64,000 bases of DNA, taken from positions 9,176,001 through 9,240,000 of the forward strand of contig OZ024743.1 in assembly GCA_964016885.1 (NCBI GenBank). The letters are read 5' to 3'. The notes beneath the pieces are model-generated. The model ran no database searches. It was given only the letters and a program-made list of their open reading frames with translations, and had not been told where the DNA came from. This document shows, one piece after another, positions 52,556-64,000 of the stretch (the first letter of the stretch is position 1; every line of letters starts with the position of its first letter). Origin of the DNA: Eledone cirrhosa. Taxonomy: Eukaryota. The position numbers and the translations under genes were made by a program.

Positions 52556-54704
52556 CTATAAAGATCCAGTTTAGCGGGAGTAACTTATTACACGGGGAAA
52601 AACTATGCCAATCTGGGATACTTACAATATAATGCTTTAGAAGATATCTAATGTTGGTTTAAAAACCTTTGTTTCTTTATCTGTCTTCTCTATGTTAATT
52701 GTAGATATAGATGAAAACCAAATATACTACGTCGTTGGTTGAACAAGTATTTTGCGCTCTAAAACACCTACAATGCCTTTAAAAGTAGGAAGATTTGATT
52801 TGAGATTTATGATTATATGACCAATTTAGGAAGATAAATAGATCAAAATAATGGTGGACTAGACAATAGTTAAAAATCACCAGAAATATTTTTTTAGTCC
52901 CCTGCCTCTGAGCTACATGGAAGCTCTAATATGTAATTTTATGAAGAGAAAGCAATCTTCCTTTGGAACTGTCTTATATATGTTTATTTTTAATATATCT
53001 CACTTCAGTTATAAATATGAGATATTGTACCTCTCTAAAAAATCAATGTATTTCTCATATTTCTATTCCTTATGTTGTTTTTCAAATCTACATTATCGAC
53101 GTTTGAAAACTGCGATTTTATATGCAGTTTAAGATGGTCTGAAAAAGAAAGCTGATATATCTTCTGATGTTAAATAATTAGAGTAAAGTGTGATGATTGG
53201 CAGAAGTGCATTACTGGAAAAAATATTAATGCATTCTCCATGTTTGTGCGTTAGGGGTTAGAGTCCATTAAGATATGGTTATCTTAAAAAATAAGCATAG
53301 TGTTTTTTTTGTCAGTTCTAAAGACTGTGCAAGATATTAGTATTCGTATATTAATAGATGCGATATGTTTTTAAAAGAGTTCAATGCAACGGTAGCTTGC
53401 CGTAGTGATATCTAATACTTCAGAATACCATCTTTTCTTACAATGCTAGCTGCCATATTCTCAATTCTCAAGAACAATATTGCAAATTGACTGATGACGT
53501 TGCAATAGTTTCTCCACTTAGAAAGATGTTGGATAATTTCTACATGGCAGATATATAAAAGAAGACACTTCCATTTGTTCTTGGACGGCTTATATTATTT
53601 CTGTAATAAAATATCACATCGGTACTCAAAAAGGTTACTAGATGCTTTAAAATTCCCCCAACAGTGATGGAAAAATATCGCATTCGAAATGAATATAGAA
53701 AACCTTTAAGAATTAATCTTGAAAATGTAAGCAAAATATATTTACACGACTTAAACAAAAATTAAATGCATGTATAAAACATTGAAGCGGCAAAATTATG
53801 CTTTTATTTGATTAGAACCTCTCGATTGTAATATTTTCATATCCCGAAACATAAACTCTATTTCTAGCCGTGGAATTCTTATTGCAAATAAGTTAAATGA
53901 CATATGAAATCCAAGAACCCAGTCTTCGATAGTGTAATGGTTCTGATAATATTTATGAAGTATTTAATTGTAAAACATCACCTGACACTAAAGGGAAATT
54001 TTGTGATTTGACTCATTTGCATGTTGTCTGATCAGACACTAGATATTGCTCCTACATATACCAGAATGACTAGAGTGACCAACAAATAAAATGATCACTT
54101 TTACATAGTTTCATGATTGACATCTCTTATTTGCAAAGATCATGACCAATGTTTTCCAGATTTATAAGTGAAAGTCAGTGTATCAATGAAAAACCGACTC
54201 TTGCTCCTTGATTTCTCATTTTACTTCTTCAACATAGCAATGATTCCACAAACGGCATGAACATTTAAAATTAAAAATACAGCAAATTAACCTCGCTATT
54301 TCTTCCTTAATTTTACCAACCTTCATAGTCTATATTTTAACTGTAACATCACTCATCATCTTTTTCAGCAACACCATTAATCAACACATTTATATCTGTA
54401 TGCTTACACTGACTTCATATTCAAAATACAAATCAGTTGATACGTATTACGCACAAATGTCACTTCACATTAAACAATGACCTACTTTTAGAAGGTGGAA
54501 ATTGTATCAAATGGTCATTTGGGAAAATATTTATCTAAACCATGAAGCAATTTCCAAATGATGTATATATTTTCAAATAAACATTTATACAGATCATTTC
54601 CCTTTTTCACATATTGGAAATACATTTCGAATAGCTTCTAATTCTTTACGAAGAACTCGAATTTCGCTACCTCCTATGAATACATACAAACACAAACACA
54701 TACA

Positions 54705-54736
<32 letters not shown>

Positions 54737-55116
54737 TTTATACCCCCTCCACACACACACACATGTATACGATTACATAAATAGAACCCTTGTTGGTGTT
54801 GAAGATTATTCCAGCTATTTCATTAACTGACTCTCTAGTGTACGTAGCTGAGAACTACACAGATATATATACCTATGCTGTGATTTGTAGGCTGAATCAC
54901 GAATTTTGTGACAAGGCTGGCTCCTTGAATTACGGGTATAATCCGTATTGTATTTGTAAATAAGTGATTATTTTACAGTCCCTTGCACCCTTAATGGCAG
55001 TCTCAAGCAGAAGTCGACTCTTTGAATTATAGGGACAATTGATCTAATTTCCCTCACAAGGCTTCGGTAGACCTGACGACCTGAAGCTACAGTTTAAGGC
55101 ACTTATACGTTTATAC

Positions 55117-55400
<284 letters not shown>

Positions 55401-55422
55401 CTTCCAGTGTTCTCTCTCTCTC

Positions 55423-55513
<91 letters not shown>

Positions 55514-55795
55514 TGTACTCTGAGTTATAGGTTTGTATGTTTGTACGTTCAAACCATGTATCTCATTGGCTAGTGAGCGGGCAGCGGCTATTCGAATCTT
55601 TCTTTCGATAGTTTGGTTAACAAATGTAAACATAGTCAAGAGGTTTAAACAGGGATGCAAGTAGAATATTTTTTATATTCACTTCGATCTGTGTTTCTTT
55701 GCAAGTCTGCTTTCACTTATTTCACTGGTTGAGAGATTCTGCGAGAAAAACCTCAAACCCTCCATGTCAATTATACTTTTGAAAAGCTTCCATGC

Positions 55796-56076
55796 CTTGT
55801 CACTTCTCCCATAAACGCGGGCTCCGCTGTCCGCAATGCGGAGGCGAAGAAGATAGACAAATACCGGAGTCTGACTGACCGCTTCGTCTTTGCTCCGATC
55901 TCTCTCGAGACCTCTGGCGTCCTTGGCGTCAGCACTGCTGATTTCCTCCGTAAAGCCGGAAAGACAGTGACCTGCTTTAGAAGTGAGCCATTGAGATGAG
56001 GTGGATGTTACAGTGGGTGTCCCTGGCCATTCTCAGCGGTAACGCTTTTAGCATTTTGTTTGTGGAGCGGGGCTGA
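55796..56076 (+). mobile_element. 3' remnant of a CRE-like RLE non-LTR retrotransposon
   Basis: Translates NAGSAVRNAEAKKIDKYRSLTDRFVFAPISLETSGVLG...(frameshift) WMLQWVSLAILSGNAFSIL, cf. AE..K..KY..L, PxxxET.G..G and LSxAIxxGNA of RLE C-termini. Confidence 0.72.
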
Positions 56077-56659
56077 GGCACCGTTCCCTTTCACCGCTTG
56101 ATCCTTTTTTCATTTTCTCTTTTACTTTATTTTTTCTTCTCCACTTCCTGTTCCCTCTAGTAGTGTGTTTTGTTGTATTAGGTTCTGCTCACATATTTTT
56201 TATATAATATCAATGGTCTTTTGTATATTGAGTAAATTGTTTCGTCCCATTATCAAAAACTTATCTTTATACTACTAACCAACTATTAAAGTTCCCTCGG
56301 TGAGGCTAGGTAATGTCCAATGACCTAATTCCATATATCTCCCAGAAATTTATATCTATATATATAAAACAGAAGATGCCTGTCTATCTGTGTAACCGCA
56401 TGCATTTCTACATTTTACAACGATTTGCACCAAATTTAATACATAGGTTTCTGAAGTCCTATTACGCGTCGTAGGCTATTTTATTTTTCCGTACATCGAT
56501 TGTGCCCCCCCCCCCGGAGCAGATAACCCCCTTAAACCTCTTGCTTGGAGTCAGCAGTACTACTGCATAAAGGCCCCATAATTCCTGCAGTTTGCCTCCC
56601 ATCTTCACCAAAATTCATCTTTTGTTTGCTTGAGTTGGTGTCTGGTTTTCACGAAGCGA

Positions 56660-57400
56660 GACGTATTGGTTACCCATGGCTTATAAAGGAAGGTGAACAC
56701 ATGAACTTTTACTTGAAATTATCAAGGGGACCCCTGGGGGGTACTAAGCCCCTTCGACTTATCTATTGAAGTTCACATTAGCACTGTATTAGTACCTGAT
56801 AACTTTTGAAGTTTACGTTCGATTTTAACTTTACCGGACACATTGGTTACCCATTGCCTAAAGATGATGTTGAAGACACTGTCTATACCCGGAACAAGCA
56901 AGGGAACCCCCAGGGGGCAGTAAGCCCCGGCAAGTCATTTATTGAATTTGGCTATTGTAATACAGCAAAGCGTCATAGCTTCGATAATTGGTAGTCCAAT
57001 AAAATGAATTTCGACTTAGTTGTTATTCATGTACTACAGATGAAGATACAGTGAGGCACATTTACTTTCATTTCAATTCATCAAGAGGACCCCTCGGGGA
57101 CAATGAGCCCAATTCATTAACCTATAAAAGTTCAAACTGTCATAATAAAAAAGCACCATAACCTCGGAAGTTTATACTTAATTCTTACAAAAACTAAAAG
57201 AAATGGTTATTGCCTGCCATAAGATAAAGCACCACACATTCGTTATCACTTGAATTTTGCAAGGGAACCCCCTAGGGAGGGCAGTAATCCCCTTTGGACC
57301 ACATTTAAAGTTCATATGGTCGCAGCAAAGCATTTCAACTTCTGGAAATAAAAGTCAATTTAAACGAAAGTTGACGCATCGGTTACTCATGTCCTACAAA
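56660..57400 (+). repeat. ~4 diverged ~180-bp tandem repeats inside the Helitron 5' region
   Basis: Recurring caagggga.ccc..gggg...taagccc at ~56724, 56899, 57082, 57260. Confidence 0.7.
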
Positions 57401-58356
57401 TGGAGTAGTGAATTTTTAAATCCACCTGACTTAACTTTAGTTTGTTTAGTTAACTTTAGGATGATTGAATATAATTTTGCACCCGGTTGTCTCTCCCGTG
57501 TTTTGCACCACAATTAAGTGCGGAATGGGGAGTTAAATATTTTCCCTCGAACTTTGGCGTTATTTCACACTCCTAACCAAGAAAGCGCGATATAACCCAG
57601 GTGTAAATTTTAACGCCTACTGTATGAGGATTTGCTATTTCACACTCATGCCTAAAATGTGCGAATGATTGATTAGTTTTTGCACCCGGTTGTCTCCCCC
57701 GTTTAATTGCACCTCAATTAAGTGCGAAATGGCGACCTCTGGCCAACCACATATCAGTGAGTTGTGTTCAGTAGATTTCATCACACTTATTTCTATTATC
57801 TAACCAATCAGACAACTCGAGTGTTGTTCATTGAGCGAAATCACTCCTATTTATATCGGTCAAGTCCGACCTAGGATCACACTTCTTTTGGGGCTTTTGA
57901 CAAGTGGTAGGTTTTTTTACATGTGAACTCTCATAAACTATCCCATGTTTCTGAAACGCATGCTTCTTCAACATTTGCCCCCTTAAAGGAGGTTTAATTA
58001 ATGTGTTTATGGTCATAAGGTTCCAGTTTATCATGCTGTGATTTTTCGGCCATTTTTGTCTGTATCCTTTCAATGGTTAGTACTTACTTGCTGTGTTCGA
58101 ACTGAACAAACATACTGACACTTATATACCTACCACTGTAGCCACACTATTTAATTTCCTTTATCACGTACGCTGCGTTGCCCCTAACTTAAAACCTGAA
58201 ATTGACTGGTACACAAAATATTGCAAAACATACCCACTTTCTCAGACCTCATAGATTTATTACATTTTTTCACAATTTATATCCATGTTTAGTTTTGCTT
58301 ACTTAAACGTTATTTTCCCACTATTTATCGTTCTCCCTGGTTAATTTCTAAAAACA

Positions 58357-58960
58357 ATGTCCCCCAAGAAAAGAACTTTCATTGGTCGATTATCTAATGA
58401 TGCAAGTAGGTCTAAGCGAAGGTGTCTCACCGAAGATTTAAATGCGACTGCCATCAGGCTCTCACAGAATGCTGTGACGGCAGCTGCAAGAGCGGTGGAG
58501 GATGACAGTCGGCGTGAACTTCGACGGAACAAAGATGCTGCCGCTTGCGCTCGTCGCGCTGCAGAGGATGAAGGACGACGTGCCGTTCGACGAAGCAGGG
58601 ACGCCGCTGCAACATCCGCTGCTGGCACTCAAGAGGATGAAGGACGACGCGCCGTTCGACGAAGCAAGGACGCCACTGCAGCATCCGCTGCTCGCGTTCG
58701 TGATGATGAAGGACGACTCGCCGTTCGACGAAGCAGAGACGCCACTGCTGGCGCTCGTGAGGATGAAGGACGACGCGCCGTTCGACGAAGCAGGGATGCC
58801 ACTGCCACTGCTGCTGCACGAAATACTGAAACCATAGAACAATGACGTGACCGACTTCTGCAAAATGAACAGCGGCGATCATCGTTACGTTGCATTTCTA
58901 GGACTTGCAATTCACGATGGTTGTTGAAGGCCTTTAACTACGACCCTTCCTCCGACTACG
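58357..58960 (+). pseudogene. Helitron RepHel N-terminus with ~72-nt Arg/Ala/Asp-rich repeats
   Basis: MSPKKRTFIGR..., repeats EDEGRRAVRRSRDA, premature stop at 58845, then AFNYDP..DY motif. Confidence 0.7.
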
Positions 58961-58974
58961 CTGTGCTTGCCTGG

Positions 58975-59486
58975 AAACCTGCACGTCTATAAGTCCCTTG
59001 ACTCTATGGCTGATCCGGACGAAATTGTTAATTACCCCACAGAATTTCTTAACTCCACCACACTTACTGCGACTTAAGAAAGGTACCCCTGTCATGCTCC
59101 TCAGGAATTTGGAAACCCGAAGGCCTTCCAACGGCACGCGTCTGTTCGTCCAAAAGGCGATGCCTCATGTTATTGAGGCAACAATACTTACAGGATGTGG
59201 TAAGGGGGATACTGTCTTCATACCAAGGATGCCTCTCATTCCATCCGGTAAAGACATTCCTTTCACATTCAGAAGGCTGCAATTCCCTCTCCGGCTCAGT
59301 TTCGCCATGTCGATTAACAAATCATAGGGTCAGACGCTGACGGTCGTAGGGTTTAATTTAGAAGAACCGTGCTTCTCCCATGGTCAACTATATGCTGGCT
59401 GCTCTCGAGTGGGGAGCCGACATAACCTATTTGCTTTTGCAACTCGCGAGAAAACCCAAAATATAGTCTATAAGGAAGTTTTGTAG
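58975..59486 (+). pseudogene. Helitron PIF1-family helicase C-terminal remnant
   Basis: [75 protein letters not shown]. Confidence 0.92.
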
Positions 59487-59854
59487 GCACCCCATCCGCC
59501 AACAAGTAATCGCTGTTTTTTGTTTGTAGAAGTGCTTACATTTGTTGTGTCCGTGTGCTATTTTTGTCCTTTTGACAATACCACGCACGCGTCTGAGGCT
59601 GCCTTTGCTATACGTTATAAATGTTCAATACTCCGTTTTCCGCATTTATATGTTGCTATTACGTTTTGCTGTCGATGTTCCGTAGTTTTAACCGAATTAA
59701 TCTACTTTTCCCTACATCTTATTTACACATATTTCAGCGTGATCTTGCCAAGGCTGTTTTTGTGGCCACCGACTGTTACATGTTTTTCTAGGTTACAATC
59801 TCAAGTAACAAGCAAAGCAAATACAACACACCAAAGTGGTGTGAAGGACTTCTT

Positions 59855-60250
59855 AAGGGCCACCACCTCTAATCGGAATCGTCTTTGCTGACAGCTCTGC
59901 CGCTGGGACTTTTAAGAGTGAACGATCCAAGGCCCTCTTCAGGGCCACCAAGTTTAAATTGTTACCATCGGATTCATCTTTGCTGGCAACACCGCCGCTG
60001 AGATATTTCAAAGTGAACGTTAAAAGGTCCTCTCTAGGGCCACCAACTATAAATTGTTATCGCTGGATTCGTCTTTGCTGGCAGCACCGCCGCTGAGACT
60101 TTTAAGATTGAACGATCCAAGGCCCTCTTTAGGGCCACCAACTTTAAATTGTTACCATCGGATTCGTCTTTGCTGGCAGCACCGCCGCAGAAATACTTCA
60201 AAGTGAATGTTCAAAGGCCCTCTTTAGGGCCAACACCTATAAATTGTTAC
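59855..60250 (+). repeat. ~90-95-bp minisatellite (~4.5 copies) in the Helitron 3' region
   Basis: Recurring agggccaccaa..taaattgtta..cggattc.tctttgctggca.caccgccgc.gaga. Confidence 0.88.
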
Positions 60251-60529
60251 TTCTATAGTCGTGTTTAACGGAAATCTTTCGGTTCATTTGAACGACTAGT
60301 CCATTGAGAGTTATACCGGGCAACGCCGGGTACCTCTGCTAGTATTGAAAAAAAACCGTTCCCCCGACGAAGCTTGGAGAGATGACAAGCTAAAAACGAA
60401 GAGCTCGCGGTCGGACTTATAATTCATTAATATACTTACTCTTCTGTATTTCATCATGCATCGAGTACTTCAAATACATGAATGTAAAACTACACACACA
60501 CACAGACATATATATATACATACCCCCCC

Positions 60530-60565
<36 letters not shown>

Positions 60566-60879
60566 CACACACACATATATATCAATCTTTCTATGTCTGC
60601 CTCTCTCCCTCACTCTCCCTTTCCGTCTCTTTCTCTATCTCTCTCTATGTATATATAAATTTATATATATATATATATATATAGGTATACAGGTATACAT
60701 ACATATATATGCATGTGTGTGGGTGTAGCTTATATATTGAATTCATTATCTGGAGAGCTGACGTATGTCTAAGTTAATACTTAAACAAATATCTATGATG
60801 AAACTGCTTTTAGTAATTACCAATAATTATCATTATTAGTGCGTTTTAGTCAAACATATTGCTTCAGCTCACGTGTCAA

Positions 60880-61260
60880 ATATTTGCTATGGGTGTGTAG
60901 TGCAAAATGGATATAATATCTGGTTCACAAGCATAAGGTCTTATGCTCGATCCTACTACGTGACATCATGGCAAGTGTCATTTATCATATCATTGGATCA
61001 ACATTTTGAGAGAAACTAGATAGAGAGAAAGTGTTTGTAAGCTTGTTGGAAGCTTGTTGAATGGACTGTACTGTTATTCAGTGTGCCCACATTGTCACAC
61101 AGCGTATCTCGTCAAATCTCACTTAGGATTACATTAAGAGTACACGTATTAGTGGAATGCGTAACCACTTGCAAGTTAACTGTATAAACATGCTGTTCTC
61201 TTGATCGACTAACTGGAATATTCGTCGTCGAAACCGATGGAAGCAATTTCATTCCATATT
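60880..61260 (+). mobile_element. Old SINE family B copy
   Basis: tRNA-like head (gctcgatcctactacgtg..ggcaagtgtc) and tail ttgatcgactaactggaatattcgtcgtcgaaacc. Confidence 0.5.
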
Positions 61261-62183
61261 TGACTTTCGTTAACATATTTACAACTTTTATTGCTTCTGT
61301 GTGTTTTACATGCCCTAGCATGATATTTCAATACTTTCTCCTATTTCCGAATCAACCTGTTGCTGTTACTGTTGTTGTTTAATCTCATGTCAGCTCTTAT
61401 TAAGCAGACCTGCGATAAAATGCAATCTTACCTTGCCCATCTAACCTTTACATCTAATCTTTTATTTATTCAGATACAGTATATTTAGGATTACACTGTT
61501 CAATGTATTCTTTCATTTTTAGGACTGGATGATGTTATATCTGCTTTATTGGCTTGGTGTGGAAGAGGGGGGATGTGTCATATCCTTTGCCGCACCCTTC
61601 CAGCGGAATCACTGAGATTGCTGGTGTAAATATTTCTCTTGAATTATTTCAAATTAACGACTGCAGGAAAAAAGTAAATTATAAAGAATAAGAATGGTAT
61701 ATCAGAAGGTTGACGTTGTGGCAAAGATATGGGAAGGGGAGTGGGACAAGGGTGTGACAAACACTACAGGTAACGACAGGAAAAGAGGCGAATATATCGG
61801 GTTTGTCTCAATGTAGGTGACATTAATCCAACCAAATCGATGAAGTAGGTTCATTATAACAACTGTTGAAAAACTAGAATAATGAGGATATTTCGCTGTT
61901 ATTTCTAGAAGGCCGAGTTGCCAAGTAAATGCTCGCTCGATGACTGGAGGATTTTTATGTCATATGATGTCAGGTTTCCTTCCTTTCTTTGTTCTTAATT
62001 AATATGTCATTAGTTATTCTGTTATATTTTCCATTCTTCAAAATCTCCAATAGTGTTTGTATGCAATAAAAAGCAGGTCCTCTGGGTGAGGTTGTGATCG
62101 CCATGGAGACGGATGAATTTGTAATTATACAAGTTGGCTGGCAAAATGTTTGAAGAAGAATTCTTGCTTTAGGACATTAATCT

Positions 62184-63520
62184 ACACACACACATACACA
62201 TAAATACATACACACATATATACACACAGACATACACACACATACACACGCATACACACACATACACCCGCACTATAAACGCACACACACGCGTTAGCAG
62301 AGCGATAGACTGATAGAGAAAGTGAGAGATAAAGAAAGTGTGAGAGTGTGTATTTTGAGAGCTAGAGGTAGAGATAGATAGATAAAAAACTGAGAGAGAG
62401 AGAGAGAGTGAGTGAATGAGTAAGAGAGAGAACGAGAGAGAAAGAAAGAGAGAGTAAGAAAGAAAGGGAGAGAGAGTGAGTGAGTGAGAGAGAAAGAGAG
62501 TGAATGAGTAAGAGAGTGAATGAGTAAGAGAGAGAACGAGAGAGAAAGAAAGAGAGAGAGAGTAAGAAAGAAAGGGAGAGAGAGTGAGTGAGTGAGAGAG
62601 AGAGAGAGAGGGAGAGAAGGAGAGAGAGAGACTCGTCCATATACAGAAAGAGGAACACCAAGGTTCAATGGCAAACGTACAAGTTCACACACATATACGC
62701 ACGGACATATGCATACATACATAGAAACACAGGCATATACACAGACCCAAACAGATACCTACAAATATACATTTACTCGTACATACGCATACAACCACAA
62801 ACATACATACATATGCATCCATACAGAGAAAGACAGAAGCATACGCAGGCACATATACAGATAGGCAAAACACAGATTCATATACAGATATAAGTATATA
62901 TATTCAGTCAGAAGCCACACAGTCACAGCTACACACACACACACACACACACACACTATACTGACACACACACACACACAGATACACATAGAAACCACTG
63001 GATGAACGTATTACTCTCCACCTATGGAATAATCATTTCTTTAAGGAAGTGTGTTGTAATATTTTCAAATCTGGATGGCAGATTACAATGTGTGTAATGC
63101 ACACACATTCAGACACAGACACATACACATACGCATGCAAATACATTGATGCAAGCACATACATGCACACATAGAGACACAGACACGCACACTCACACGG
63201 CATAGCAAGCACACACATACAAAGACACAGGCCCACGCACCGACACAGCAGGTACACACATACTCACACACAGATGTATACATATAGTCTTACACACATG
63301 TATACATATAGTGTTACAAACACGCAACAAACAGGCATACACACACGCTCACAACGAGGCAAGGTACAATTTTCACGCAAGCTCTAACAGGAACACACCC
63401 AGACATACAACATAGGCACAGGCGTACGCATACACAAAGATACACACACACAAACACAAACACACGCCGCACATACAACGAAATACACGCATTCACGCAC
63501 ACAGACACAGACATGTACGT
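62184..63520. repeat. Degenerate (CA)n and (GA)n-rich low-complexity region
   Basis: Directly visible; source of many spurious ORFs. Confidence 0.85.
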
Positions 63521-64000
63521 GTGTGTTACTGGACTCCACTATGTTTTGAATCATACTAGTTTAAATTAGCATAGCCGATTGGTTAAGAGGTTCGCTTTGC
63601 AATCATAAGATACTGTGTTCGATCCTCCTGCGTGGAATTGTGGGCAAGTGCCATTTACCATGCCGTGGGAATTAAACTGGGTAGACGGGAGCTACTTGGA
63701 AGCCCGTCGGATGAACTGTACCCATAAATCAAGGTGCTAGTCTTATCATACACTGTCCCGCCGAATCGTTCTGAGAATCCTGTTAAAGGTCTCTGGAATG
63801 TCCAGCCACTAACACTATTCCAGTTTAAAGTACCTAGAATAGCATGTGCAGGTACACACGTATGATTACATGTGCACATGTGTAGGTTTACATGAATATA
63901 TATATATATATATTTTTATATAATATAAGATCAAAAGATGGTTAAAAGAGTTCCAAGTATTTTATTATGCGCATTTCAAAAACAAATATCATCATGGGAT

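Larger units (their letters stand above)
56355..60342 (+). mobile_element. Internally deleted (non-autonomous) Helitron with intact termini
   Basis: 5' A|TCtatatatataaa; 3' GC hairpin ccgg-gcaacg-ccgg then CTAG|T; contains RepHel N-terminal and PIF1 helicase C-terminal remnants. Confidence 0.9.

Noticed and set aside
52620-53540. Further upstream exon candidates
   Set aside because: No stop-free, phase-consistent chain to exon A could be built
58341-58910. Multiple overlapping ORFs on both strands
   Set aside because: Consequence of GC-rich tandem repeats; only the + frame from 58357 fits Helitron RepHel
59855-60250. CRISPR-like regularly spaced repeats
   Set aside because: Whole units are repeated with no unique spacers, there are no cas genes, and the context is a eukaryotic Helitron

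Overview
AT-rich eukaryotic (animal) genomic DNA, saturated with microsatellites and SINEs. The repeat landscape looks cephalopod/octopus-like, which is an inference. Most ORFs in the track are microsatellite or antisense artefacts. Supported content: (1) two minus-strand RT+restriction-like-endonuclease LINEs (R4/Dong-like), the younger one sitting in a (TAA)n tract that appears to split the 5' UTR of a near full-length RTE LINE with three C-terminal C2H2 fingers; (2) Penelope-like elements (PLEs), including a ~4.2-kb near-perfect palindrome; (3) several type I hammerhead ribozyme (HHR) motifs, one in an ORF-less ~322-bp tandem unit (retrozyme candidate); (4) a recurring architecture of short snap-back hairpins beside (TA)n tracts, often folding within a hammerhead motif; (5) an internally deleted Helitron with both termini; (6) RTE, CRE, CR1/Jockey-like and Tc1/mariner remnants and MITEs; (7) a minus-strand multi-exon host gene (six phase-compatible exons, 45.7-52.6 kb) that I reconstructed by hand and cannot name, plus a possible terminal exon at 2.3-2.5 kb.
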